64,000 bases of DNA from Candidatus Krumholzibacteriota bacterium. GTDB taxonomy: Bacteria; Krumholzibacteriota; Krumholzibacteriia; JAJRXK01. This document shows, in pieces, positions 17,958 through 27,482 of this stretch (positions are counted from its first letter, which is position 1; each line of letters opens with the position of its first letter). The stretch covers positions 32,001 through 96,000 of the forward strand of contig CAWDWO010000031.1 of assembly GCA_963806035.1 (NCBI GenBank). The letters run 5' to 3'. The notes below the pieces were generated by a model. It made no database searches. It was not told the DNA's origin and saw only the letters and a program-made list of their open reading frames with translations. The position numbers were made by a program, and so were the translations under genes.

Positions 17958-18839
17958 TCAGGGAAGCACCTCTTGCATGAAGGCTTCAGGTCGCGAGTCG
18001 GGAAACCACAGGCGGAAAGATCTCTGGGCCTGCGCTCGCAGCATGCTTCGGCCGTCGGCGACGGGACCCTTCGATTCGTGCGCCAAAAGCAGACGCGAAG
18101 GAGCGGGCCCGTAGCACAGGTCCATGACCGCGCAGCCGGCGGGCAGTGCGCGAGGATCGACCGGACTCAGATCCTCGGGATCCAGTCCCAGCGGCGTGGC
18201 CTGGATGAGAAGGGAGAGCGAGTCCAGGGTCGCCGTCGCGAGCTCTTCGACGGATGCTCCGAAAGACCTGGCCCAGCCCGCTCGCGCCGGTGCTCGCGCG
18301 AGAACGCGGACCCGAGTTGCCTCGAGTTCCTGCAGCGCTATCAGCGCGGCCCGTGCCGCGCCGCCCGCTCCGACGATGGCGCACTCCCGCAGCCAAGCCC
18401 GTCCGGGAAAATGCCTCAGGAGGGCGTCCTGCAGCCCACCGACGTCGGTGTTGTGCGCCTCCCACCCCCCCGCGAAGCGCACGAGGGTGTTGGCGGCGCC
18501 CACGCGCGCGGCCAGTGCTGAGTGCCTCGAACTCATTTGCAACGCGAGTTCCTTGTGGGGCAGCGTCACGTTCAGTCCCGCGACCCTCGCCGCACTCGCC
18601 GCAGCCAAACAGCTCGAGAAATCGGCCGCGGATACCCGCACGCAGCGGTAGTGGCCCTCGATCTTCTCGCCCCGCAAAGCCGCCTCGTGAAGCGCGGGGC
18701 TGAGGCTGTGCGCGACCGGGTCCCCCAGGAGCGCCAAGAGGGGCCACGCTCGTTCTCTTCCGTCCGATTCCTTCAGAACCCCGCCGGCAAAGCTGAGCGG
18801 TGCGGGCAGTGCGCCGCGGTCCTTGCGGGCGGCGCTCAA
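17958..18839 (-). CDS. aroE: Shikimate dehydrogenase
   Basis: GDPVAHSLSP, NVTLPHK, GAANT, HNTDVGG, GAGGAARA. Confidence 0.93.
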   Translation of the reverse strand: MSAARKDRGALPAPLSFAGGVLKESDGRERAWPLLALLGDPVAHSLSPALHEAALRGEKIEGHYRCVRVSAADFSSCLAAASAARVAGLNVTLPHKELALQMSSRHSALAARVGAANTLVRFAGGWEAHNTDVGGLQDALLRHFPGRAWLRECAIVGAGGAARAALIALQELEATRVRVLARAPARAGWARSFGASVEELATATLDSLSLLIQATPLGLDPEDLSPVDPRALPAGCAVMDLCYGPAPSRLLLAHESKGPVADGRSMLRAQAQRSFRLWFPDSRPEAFMQEVLP

Positions 18840-18840
18840 T

Positions 18841-20112
18841 TCAGACCTCCGACCAACGCGCCGAAACGCTGAGCAGAAGACCCATCATGAGGCAAGAAGC
18901 CAGCATGGAGGATCCTCCGTAGGTGATGAAGGGAAGCGGCAGGCCCGTCACCGGCAAGAGACCCAGGGTGATGGAGATGTTCACGAAGGACTGGAGGAAA
19001 AAATAGCTGCCCACCCCGACCGCGAGCAGGCTCGCGAAGGGTCTCTTCGCCTTGACCGCGATGCGCATCGCGCGCACGAAGATGAGCAAGAACAGGCCGA
19101 TGACCAGCAGCGCTCCCACGAGTCCGAGCTCCTCTCCCAGCACGCTGAAGATGAAGTCGGTGTGACGCTCCGGAAGGAAGGCCAGTCCTTTCTGGGTGCC
19201 GTGCAAGTAGCCCTTGCCCAAAATCCCGCCGGAACCGATCGCTACTTTGCTCTGGTAGACCTGGTAGCCCACTCCCAAGTGGTCCGTTTCCCCCGGCTTG
19301 AAGAATGTGAGAATTCGCTGCTGCTGGTAGCTATGCAGCTTGTCCCAGACGAGGGGGATTCCCAGACCCGTCGTCAGATTGGCCACCACCAGGAGCACGC
19401 TGTGCAACATGTAAAGACGTGAGTAGAAGAGCGCGAACAGCAATACGACCACGTAGATGGCCCACGGCCAGTCCGTGTGCAGAACCTGCTGCCCGTAGAA
19501 CATGGCGAGTCCGCTCAGAAGCGGGGAGAAGAGCGCGAGCAGGAAGGAAGCGCGCACTCCCGACCAGAACATCATGGGAACGCCGAGAATCAGAAACACG
19601 AGCGCGGTTCCCAGATCGGGCTCCTTGAGCACCAGCAAAAAGGGAGGGAGCGAGAGCAAGAACACTCCCACCACCGTGAAAAAGGGGCCCTTCCCCTCGC
19701 GCACCGCGAGAAAGCGCGCCAGAGTGAAGAGGAAGGCCACCTTCGCCAATTCCGAAGGCTGCAAGGAAAAGGGACCCAAGCTCAACCAGCGATGCGTTCC
19801 GGCCCGCTCGGGGCTGATGAAGAAGACCGCGAGCAATGCGGCGATGGTCAACCCATAGAACACGAAAGCAAAGGTCTCGAAGAAACGAAGCGGAACGAGG
19901 AGACAGAGCAAAGCCGCCGCAACTCCCAGAACCAGCCAGATCATTTGATTGTAGACGATCGTGACGCCAATCAAGCGGTGAACCCCTTCGCTGCCTCCAG
20001 GCAGCGGCTGGGTGCAGGAATAGACCGTGGCCAGACCGATCAGCATCAGGGCAAACCACGCGCCGAGCGCGGCGGTATCCATGCGCGGGAAGAGCTGGAT
20101 TCCCCTTCTCAT
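18841..20112 (-). CDS. rodA: Rod shape-determining protein RodA (SEDS family)
   Basis: LQPSELAK, EPDLGTA, AIGSGG, FLPERHTDFIF, TGLPLPFITYGGSS; follows mrdA. Confidence 0.95.
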   Translation of the reverse strand: MRRGIQLFPRMDTAALGAWFALMLIGLATVYSCTQPLPGGSEGVHRLIGVTIVYNQMIWLVLGVAAALLCLLVPLRFFETFAFVFYGLTIAALLAVFFISPERAGTHRWLSLGPFSLQPSELAKVAFLFTLARFLAVREGKGPFFTVVGVFLLSLPPFLLVLKEPDLGTALVFLILGVPMMFWSGVRASFLLALFSPLLSGLAMFYGQQVLHTDWPWAIYVVVLLFALFYSRLYMLHSVLLVVANLTTGLGIPLVWDKLHSYQQQRILTFFKPGETDHLGVGYQVYQSKVAIGSGGILGKGYLHGTQKGLAFLPERHTDFIFSVLGEELGLVGALLVIGLFLLIFVRAMRIAVKAKRPFASLLAVGVGSYFFLQSFVNISITLGLLPVTGLPLPFITYGGSSMLASCLMMGLLLSVSARWSEV

Positions 20113-21911
20113 GGTTGCACCTTCTCCGCTGTATCAGACGGGGTTTCTTGCTCCTGCCAGTTGAAATAGGTGTCGAGCAGTTCACCCACGATCGGCGCCG
20201 CCACCGAGCCTCCATGGCCGGCATTCTCGATGATGACGGCGACGGCGACCTCGGGATCCTCCGCCGGCGCATAGGCGATGAACCAGGCATGATCCTCCCC
20301 GGAGGCATTCTCCGCCGTGCCGGTCTTCCCCGCCACGTCGACTCCCTTGATGCGCGCCAAGCCGCCCGTCCCCTCTTCGGTGGCAACGACGTCGACGAGG
20401 GCGCTCTGCAAGAAATGGCGGATCTTGTCCGAGCAAATTTTCTCGTTCTCTCGCCGGACCAATCTCTTGTCGATGACGCCGTAGGCGTTCTCACGGGCCA
20501 GGATCAAGTGCGGGCGGTAGAGATAGCCGTCACCACCGATGGCGGCGTAGGTACGCGCCATCTGGAGCGGAGTGACGAGCAGCTCTCCCTGTCCGATCCC
20601 ATTGTTCAAGAGCACGGCCCTCGTCCAGTGCCTGACTCCGAAGCGCTTGTCATAGTACTTCTTGTCGGGCACGAGGCCCGAGGCCTCGCCCTTGAGTTCG
20701 ATTCCAGTCGGTCGCCCCAATCCGAAGCGGCGCGCGGTTTCGTCCAGCTCCTCCAGTGTCAGCCTCTCCGCCAACTGATAGAAATACACGTCGCAGCTCT
20801 GCGCGATTGCCTCCTTCAGATTCAGGCTTCCGTGCCCTCCGGGTTTCCAGCAGCGAAACACCCGATTCCCCAGTCGGTACCCGCCGGTGCAGGGCTCGAA
20901 GCGTGTCGATGGAGTGACCTTTCCGTATTTGAGACCCGCGGCCGCCGTGATCAGTTTGTAGGGACTGCCCGGTGGATAGGTGCCTTGGAGGGCGCGATTG
21001 AATAGCGGCTTGCCCGGGTCGTCACGCAGCTCACCGTAACGTTTGCCGCTGATTCCTCCTGTGAATTCGTTGGGATCGAAGCTGGGGGAGGAAGCCATGG
21101 CGAGAATGTCTCCGGTGGCCACCTCGATCACCACCCCGGCCCCCCGCTTCCCGTCGAGCAGCTCCTCGAGTCGGGCCTGGAGCGGCTGGCTCAGGGTGAG
21201 GTAAAGCTTCACCCCCGGAATGGCCTGCGAAAAACCTTCGGGAACCTCCCCCACCAGATGGCCGGCGACGTTCACCTCCACCACGCGACGACCGTGGACT
21301 CCGCGCAGCTGCTCCTCCGCCAAGCTCTCCACGCCGCTACGTCCGATGATATCTCCGGGCTCGTAGAATCCCCGGTGGTCGCGTTTCATATCGGCGCTGT
21401 TCACCTCGCCCACGTATCCCAAGAGATGCGCGGCAAGAGAGCCGAAGTGGTAGCGGCGTCGCGGCTCGACTTTGAGCTGAACATCGGGCAGAACCGCGCG
21501 ATGTTCCTCCACCACCGCGATCTGCTTGGGATCGGCGTGACGCAAAATGGTGACCCGGCTGGATTCCCCGGAGTCCTCCACTCGGGAGAGAATGAAATCG
21601 CGGTCCAGGCCCAAAAGGCGGATCAGGGCCTCGAGAGACTTGTCTCCCTCGTGCGCGCGGCTGCGCGAGATGGTCAAACGCGCCTGATGAACGTTGTCCG
21701 CCAGCGCGATCCCGTTGCGGTCGGCGATGATTCCCCGAGGGGCGTCGATCCGCATCGTGGTCTGACGGTTCTCACGAGCCAGTCCTACGTAGTATTCATT
21801 TCGAACCACTTGGGTGGCGATGAGAGACAGCACGACGATTGCGTAGGCCAGGAGTGCCCCGCGAACGAGAATATTGGCTCGCGACTCGCGCGCGCTGAGT
21901 TCAATGGCCAC
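20109..21911 (-). CDS. mrdA: Penicillin-binding protein 2
   Basis: APRGIIADRNG, YPPGSPYK (SxxK), SCD, GKTGTAE. Confidence 0.95.
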   Translation of the reverse strand: MAIELSARESRANILVRGALLAYAIVVLSLIATQVVRNEYYVGLARENRQTTMRIDAPRGIIADRNGIALADNVHQARLTISRSRAHEGDKSLEALIRLLGLDRDFILSRVEDSGESSRVTILRHADPKQIAVVEEHRAVLPDVQLKVEPRRRYHFGSLAAHLLGYVGEVNSADMKRDHRGFYEPGDIIGRSGVESLAEEQLRGVHGRRVVEVNVAGHLVGEVPEGFSQAIPGVKLYLTLSQPLQARLEELLDGKRGAGVVIEVATGDILAMASSPSFDPNEFTGGISGKRYGELRDDPGKPLFNRALQGTYPPGSPYKLITAAAGLKYGKVTPSTRFEPCTGGYRLGNRVFRCWKPGGHGSLNLKEAIAQSCDVYFYQLAERLTLEELDETARRFGLGRPTGIELKGEASGLVPDKKYYDKRFGVRHWTRAVLLNNGIGQGELLVTPLQMARTYAAIGGDGYLYRPHLILARENAYGVIDKRLVRRENEKICSDKIRHFLQSALVDVVATEEGTGGLARIKGVDVAGKTGTAENASGEDHAWFIAYAPAEDPEVAVAVIIENAGHGGSVAAPIVGELLDTYFNWQEQETPSDTAEKVQP

Positions 21912-22410
21912 CCCCTACCTCCCTTCTCTGGCCCAATGCACTGCCCCCCAACAGCGTGGCGAGGAATAGAAGGAAGACGCCGACGACCGCGGTGTAGAGG
22001 GCGGTCGGTAAAGACTGGGTGAGAAAGATGCGCAGGAAGCGGCCCGGCTCGAGGCGGGTGTAGGCCAATAGATAGATGAAGTCGTGCGTGAGCACCGCGA
22101 CGGCGAAGAGCGGGGCGTAGAGAGGAAGCGCGGGTAAGACCAAACTGGAGCTGAGGCGGCCGGAAATGTGCCCCACGATGGTCTTGGCCAGCATGCTCAT
22201 CCCCAAGGTGGCGGGCGTAAGAAGATCCTGGACCAAACCCAGGAAAAAACCCACCAAGGTGCCGGTCAGGGCCCCCCCGCGCAGCCCGAGCATCACCACG
22301 ATGAGCACGGTGAGATCGGGTCGCACCCCGAAGACGGCCATCCGGTCGATGACGGTGAGCTGAAGAACCAGTGCCAGCAGCGCAGTGAGTGTGAGACGCA
22401 GGGAGCTCAA
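21901..22410 (-). CDS. mreD: Rod shape-determining protein MreD
   Basis: Hydrophobic 169 aa protein, RPDL..GFFLGLVQDLL; lies between mreC and mrdA. Confidence 0.9.
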   Translation of the reverse strand: MSSLRLTLTALLALVLQLTVIDRMAVFGVRPDLTVLIVVMLGLRGGALTGTLVGFFLGLVQDLLTPATLGMSMLAKTIVGHISGRLSSSLVLPALPLYAPLFAVAVLTHDFIYLLAYTRLEPGRFLRIFLTQSLPTALYTAVVGVFLLFLATLLGGSALGQRREVGGGH

Positions 22411-23264
22411 TGCTTCTCTCCCTGGCTGTCCTCGTCCTGTGGTGGCAGCACGCTGTCATCGTGCCGCGAATACCAAGGGCCGGGACGGGTGATCACGTAC
22501 ACCTGGGAGAGCGCGCTGAAATGTACCGCTGCTTCGATCTCCACATGCTGGAAGAGCTCGACCTTGGAGAGCTCGACGTTCGAGACACGTCCCACCGGAA
22601 TTCCGCGCGGTACCGTCCCTCCCAATCCGCTGGTGACGATCTGATCGCCCACCGCGATGGGATCCCCCTGGGGCACGTGATCCATGAGAAAGATGCGTCC
22701 GTTGTAGCGTAAGAGGCCGGTCACCCCACTCGCCACCGACTCGACGCTGATTCTGGCATCGGCTTCGGTCAACAGTTCCACCAGGGCGGTCTTCGCATCC
22801 AATAGTTCTCGCACTCTTCCCACCAGTCCACTCTCGGTGACCACGGGCTGCCAGATACGCAGGCTGTCCTCACTTTGAATTCGAATCTTGGCCTGGACCG
22901 GAATACGATTCACCGTCAATTCCAGCACGAGAGCGGGAGCCAATTTACCGCGGTTGTGTTCGAAGAAGCCGGCCCTGCGTTCCAGCTCTTCGAAACGTCG
23001 CCGCTCGAGCCCGATCTGCACCGCATCCAACTCCATCGCCGCGATCTTTCCACGCAGTTCCTCGTTTTCCTTGCGCAAGGAGCCGAGGTCATCGACGACG
23101 CGCGCGATCCACTCCACCGGAGTGAAAACACGATGGGCCAGTCGGGTGCCCACGTCCAGACGGGTAGGATTGTCCAGTGAAATTGCCCATAGCGAGAGCG
23201 CCACGCAGATGACCAACACGATCTGGTCGCGAAAGCGCGAGAGGCCCTCGGGGAGTCTGGCCAT
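22407..23264 (-). CDS. mreC: Rod shape-determining protein MreC
   Basis: TM helix, coiled coil (LRKENEELR), GLVGRV, GDQIVTSGLGG..PRGIPVG. Confidence 0.93.
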   Translation of the reverse strand: MARLPEGLSRFRDQIVLVICVALSLWAISLDNPTRLDVGTRLAHRVFTPVEWIARVVDDLGSLRKENEELRGKIAAMELDAVQIGLERRRFEELERRAGFFEHNRGKLAPALVLELTVNRIPVQAKIRIQSEDSLRIWQPVVTESGLVGRVRELLDAKTALVELLTEADARISVESVASGVTGLLRYNGRIFLMDHVPQGDPIAVGDQIVTSGLGGTVPRGIPVGRVSNVELSKVELFQHVEIEAAVHFSALSQVYVITRPGPWYSRHDDSVLPPQDEDSQGEKH

Positions 23265-23265
23265 C

Positions 23266-24336
23266 TCAATCCTTGGCGGAGTGGATGATCACGTCCTCAT
23301 AGGAACTCACGTTGTCGAGGATCTTTCCCGTACCCAGGACGACACAATAGAGAGGATCATCCACCATGTTGAGAGGAAGGTTCGTCGCTTCCTTGAGAAG
23401 CATGTCGAGGCCTTTGAGCAAGCTTCCTCCGCCAGTCATGACGATACCACGATCGACGATATCCGCCGCCAGCTCGGGGGGAGTGTGTTCGAGCGCCTCC
23501 TTTACCGCTTCCACGATTTGATCGATCGGTTCCTGCAGCGCCTGCCGGATCTCGTCGCTCGAAATCCTCAGAGTCTTGGGGATCCCCGCCACCAAATCGC
23601 GCCCCTTCACTTCCCATTCGATCTCTTCGTCGAATTTGTATGCGCTGCCGATCTCCTTCTTGATTTGTTCCGCGGTGGGAAGCCCGATGAGGAGATTGTA
23701 GTTCTTCTTCACGTACCCCACGATCGCCTCGTCCAGCTCGTCGCCACCCACGCGAATGGACTTGTCGCACACGATACCGTTGAGAGCGATCACCGCGATC
23801 TCCGTGGTGCCGCCGCCGATGTCGATGATCATGTTGCCGCTGGGTTGATCGACGGGCAGGCCCACGCCAATCGCGGCCGCAATGGGTTCGGCCACGAGGA
23901 AGACCTCGCGCGCGCCGGCGTGCTTGGCGGAGTCCCGTACCGCGCGCTTCTCGACTTCGGTGATGCCGCTGGGAACGCAGATGATGATACGCGGCGCAAT
24001 GAAGTGGCGCTTGTTCTGCGCCATGTTGATGAACTCGCGCAGCATGTATTCGGTAACTTCGAAGTCAGCGATCACGCCATCTTTGAGGGGACGAATGGCC
24101 TCGATCTTGTCCGGAGTCTTTCCCAACATGGCCTTGGCCTTCGAACCGACAGCCAGGACTTTGCGGCTCGACTTGTCGACGGTGACTACGCTGGGTTCGT
24201 TGAGCACGATGCCCTTGCCCTTGATGTAGACCAGGGTGTTCGCCGTACCGAGATCGATCGCGATATCGTTCGTGAAGAGATTGTTGAAGCGATTCCAGAG
24301 ACTCAATTTACGCATTCCCGTACTCGTGCTCGTCAT
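23266..24336 (-). CDS. mreB: Actin-like protein MreB
   Basis: [46 protein letters not shown] before ATG 24336. Confidence 0.98.
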   Translation of the reverse strand: MTSTSTGMRKLSLWNRFNNLFTNDIAIDLGTANTLVYIKGKGIVLNEPSVVTVDKSSRKVLAVGSKAKAMLGKTPDKIEAIRPLKDGVIADFEVTEYMLREFINMAQNKRHFIAPRIIICVPSGITEVEKRAVRDSAKHAGAREVFLVAEPIAAAIGVGLPVDQPSGNMIIDIGGGTTEIAVIALNGIVCDKSIRVGGDELDEAIVGYVKKNYNLLIGLPTAEQIKKEIGSAYKFDEEIEWEVKGRDLVAGIPKTLRISSDEIRQALQEPIDQIVEAVKEALEHTPPELAADIVDRGIVMTGGGSLLKGLDMLLKEATNLPLNMVDDPLYCVVLGTGKILDNVSSYEDVIIHSAKD

Positions 24337-24355
24337 CGTTCCTCCGGCGCCCGCG

Positions 24356-25030
24356 TTAGAGCGCTCCTCGCTCACGCAGGCTAACGTAGCTTCCCTCGCC
24401 CAGAACCAGGTGGTCCAGGAGAGTCACGCCCAAGGTCTCTCCGCAACCGGCGATGCGGCGCGTGAGACGGAAGTCGTCTTGGCTCGGCTCGGGCGAACCC
24501 GACGGATGATTGTGGCCGAGCACGATCGCCGCCGAGGCCACCGCGATGGCTCCTCGAAAAATCTCCCTCGCTTCCACGCTCGCGGAGTTGAGAGTTCCCA
24601 AAGCGACCAGCTGCACGCGCAAGACTTGATGCCGCGCCCCCAAATGGAGTACCGCGACTCCCTCCTGCTCGAGTCCCCCCAGCACCGTGCGCAGAATGCG
24701 CGCCGCGCTCTCGGGTCCCTCGATCAGCTCGAGGGACTCGGCCTGTCCCTGCTCCACGCGGCGTCCCAATTCGAAGACCGCGCTCAGGGTCGTGCTACGC
24801 GCGAGGCCAATCCCATCCATCTGGCTGAGCTCAAACGCCTCGGCACGGGAAAGATGCCGCAGGTCGCCGAATCGAGCCAGCACTGATCGCGCCAGCTCGA
24901 GAGCATGACGCGAAGAGCCTCCTCTGGCCAAGACGAGAGCCAGAAGTTCGACCGCCGAGAGAGCGGAGGGGCCCCATCGCCGACAGCGCTCTCTGGCATC
25001 CACCACCTCATCGATGGAACTCGTACTCAC
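24356..25030 (-). CDS. radC: RadC family JAB-domain protein
   Basis: [30 protein letters not shown]. Confidence 0.92.
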   Translation of the reverse strand: MSTSSIDEVVDARERCRRWGPSALSAVELLALVLARGGSSRHALELARSVLARFGDLRHLSRAEAFELSQMDGIGLARSTTLSAVFELGRRVEQGQAESLELIEGPESAARILRTVLGGLEQEGVAVLHLGARHQVLRVQLVALGTLNSASVEAREIFRGAIAVASAAIVLGHNHPSGSPEPSQDDFRLTRRIAGCGETLGVTLLDHLVLGEGSYVSLRERGAL

Positions 25031-25285
25031 TACAAATTGGGGGGGCGTCCACCAGTGGGGGCCTTGCGACGGCGCTCTAAACTCGTAAGTGGTTGCACGA
25101 GAACAGCCTAACCGTCGGCTGCGAAAGCAAGATAGCAGAGCCTCGCCGGCCTGAGCAACACTTATTTGGACAAGAGCGGCTGCTGGGGTAAGTTCTCCGC
25201 AGCCCGGGCGTGGGCCGGTGAAAATACGGCGTGATCCTTGCGATTCTCCGCCGAGACGGAATCAAAATCTGGTCTGAAGGTGCAC

Positions 25286-26485
25286 GTGATCACTCGAATT
25301 CTGAAATTTGGTGGCTCATCTCTTGCCGGCGTTGAACTCATTGCAGCCGCCGCGGAGCGCGTCCATCACCTCCTGGAAGGGGGCCTGAGGCCGGTCGTGG
25401 TGGTCTCCGCAGTGTCCGGCACCACCAACCGCCTCCTCTCCACCGCGCGCCGGATCCATCCCGAAGCCCCCGGCAGTGAGCTGGATCGTCTCTTGGCCAC
25501 GGGTGAAATGCAGTCCGCCGCCTTCCTCGCCATCGCCTTGGCCAAGCGAGGCCTGCCCTCGCGCTCTTTCACTGGTCCGGAGGCGGGCGTCATCACCGAC
25601 GACGATTTCGGACGCGCCCGTGTTCTGCGCGTGGACGCGGCCGCGGTCACCGCATCGCTCGAAGCGGGTGAGATCCCGGTGGTGGCCGGGTTCCAGGGCA
25701 GGACCGAGGACGGACGCATCACGACCTTGGGCCGCGGCGGCACCGACATCACGGCCGCCGTGCTCGGGGTGCATTTCAAGGCCGAACGCATCGTCTACTA
25801 TCGAGACGCGGACGGAATCTACGGCGTCGACCCCAAAATGCTCGCGGTGCGCGGTCGAAGAATCGATCGCCTGGACTACGAGCACATGATCGACCTGGCC
25901 GAGGCGGGCGTCCCGATCCTGCATCCCCAAGCTCTGGAGATCGCAAAGGCACACGGGCTCGAACTGGAGCTGCGCAGCTTCCGGGAAAGCGGTGGAGGCA
26001 CCCTGGTCACCGAGGGTCCCATCCCCTCGCCACATCCGGTGTGGAGCCTCTGCCTCTCCCCTCCCATCTGCCTGCTGACCCTGGAAGGACTCCCCCAGGA
26101 CACAGGGACCCTCTCCAGACTCGCTGCGCTCCTGGACCGCACCGATCTTCCCCTGGACGCGGCACTCTACCGCGGACCGGACGAGTTGTGCATGAGCATC
26201 CAGGTTCCCGAGATGGACGGTGAGACCCTCTCAGCGCAACTGGGAGACTTCTTGCGCGAGGAGAGCTCGGTCACCATCGGACTCGAGCGCAACCGCAGGC
26301 GCGTGACGATGGTGGGACACGGTGTCTCCGGGCGAAAGGCCAGCACCGCGGTCGAACAGACCGGGGAGCAGTTGGGACCGCCTCTCTTCACCTTTCACGG
26401 GCCGCATCACCGGGCTTTCGTGGTGCCCGAGTCGGAAGCTTCGGCCTGGCTCGCGAGTCTTCACCAGCTGCTTTTGAAGCACTGA
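25286..26485 (+). CDS. lysC: Aspartate kinase (divergent)
   Basis: LKFGGSSL, VVVVSA, LLATGE, VVAGFQG, TTLGRGGTD, DGIYGVDP; start GTG 25286 is tentative. Confidence 0.85.
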   Translation: MITRILKFGGSSLAGVELIAAAAERVHHLLEGGLRPVVVVSAVSGTTNRLLSTARRIHPEAPGSELDRLLATGEMQSAAFLAIALAKRGLPSRSFTGPEAGVITDDDFGRARVLRVDAAAVTASLEAGEIPVVAGFQGRTEDGRITTLGRGGTDITAAVLGVHFKAERIVYYRDADGIYGVDPKMLAVRGRRIDRLDYEHMIDLAEAGVPILHPQALEIAKAHGLELELRSFRESGGGTLVTEGPIPSPHPVWSLCLSPPICLLTLEGLPQDTGTLSRLAALLDRTDLPLDAALYRGPDELCMSIQVPEMDGETLSAQLGDFLREESSVTIGLERNRRRVTMVGHGVSGRKASTAVEQTGEQLGPPLFTFHGPHHRAFVVPESEASAWLASLHQLLLKH

Positions 26486-26494
26486 GGGGCGGCC

Positions 26495-27469
26495 TCAGGC
26501 AATCCACGACCACAAGCTCTCGTGGGAAAGTCGATCGTCGTCATCCAGCCGGCGCACCGCAACAACGGATTGCATGAGTTCATCCAGCTGATCGAAGTTC
26601 TGCTCCTGGACCCTTCCGCGCGCGTGCAGGATCGCGCCCTTGCCCGCGTAGAACGCCACATGGTCCACCGGCTCGTGGAAGAAAACGAGATCCCCCGGCT
26701 GCCACGCATCCACTCGCAGCGAGACGGCCTTCCCGCTGCGCGCCTGTTGCGCCGCATCACGGGGCAGAGAGTACCCGCATGCGTGCGCGACGATTTGCAC
26801 GTAGCCGCTGCAGTCCACGCCCAGAGCGCTCCGCCCTCCCCAGCGGTAGGGCGTGCCCAAGTACTGGCGCGCTTCGGGCAGCAAGCGCGAGATCTGGGCC
26901 GCGAGCGGCTCGACGCGAATCGACTCGCGCCTTAGCTTCCCCCGGGTACCGTCCACCAGTTCCACTGAGAGCTCGTGAGCATCCGAGGAGGCGTCCTTTA
27001 GCTCGAGGAGTGGCGTACCGCCGGCGAGAGCCAGAGGATGTCCCTGGGCCGTGCTCAGGCTCGCCAGTGGGGGCTGAACGAGTCCCTTTCGCCGCAGGAT
27101 CAATTCGTCCCTTTCCGCACGAAGCAGTTCGCGGCATGACCAGGATCGAAGCCAGGCGACGTACCCGTCCTCCGAAGCGACCAGGAGCCAGTCTCCGCGC
27201 GTCTGGATTCGCAGCAGAATTTCGCCCATCCGCGCCTCGCTCAGAACTTGTGCGTGGTGCGAGGGTGCGTCCCTCAGCGCTTCGAGCGGGGATTCGACGA
27301 GGACTTCGCCCTCGGCGAGGATGGGAGAAACCCCGGCCAAGTCGGCCGCAAACGCGGGCCAGGCGCAAGGCTTCCCCCGTGCATCGAAGCCCAAATACGC
27401 ATTGCGCCAATCCACCGCGAGGGCCGTCATCTTCTCGCGGACAGAGTAGGCGAGGCTGGGATCGATCAC
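26495..27469 (-). CDS. NlpC/P60 (C40) peptidase with SH3b-like N-terminal domains, YkfC-like
   Basis: YLGTPYRWGG, DCSG, LPRDAAQQ, GDLVFF, HVAFY, ILHA; no signal peptide. Confidence 0.88.
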   Translation of the reverse strand: MIDPSLAYSVREKMTALAVDWRNAYLGFDARGKPCAWPAFAADLAGVSPILAEGEVLVESPLEALRDAPSHHAQVLSEARMGEILLRIQTRGDWLLVASEDGYVAWLRSWSCRELLRAERDELILRRKGLVQPPLASLSTAQGHPLALAGGTPLLELKDASSDAHELSVELVDGTRGKLRRESIRVEPLAAQISRLLPEARQYLGTPYRWGGRSALGVDCSGYVQIVAHACGYSLPRDAAQQARSGKAVSLRVDAWQPGDLVFFHEPVDHVAFYAGKGAILHARGRVQEQNFDQLDELMQSVVAVRRLDDDDRLSHESLWSWIA

Positions 27470-27482
27470 GGCAGCCGCCCCC

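Noticed and set aside
24356..25030. radC as a marker of a mobile or anti-defence element
   Set aside because: Full-length chromosomal type in the common radC-mreBCD context, with no mobile genes nearby.
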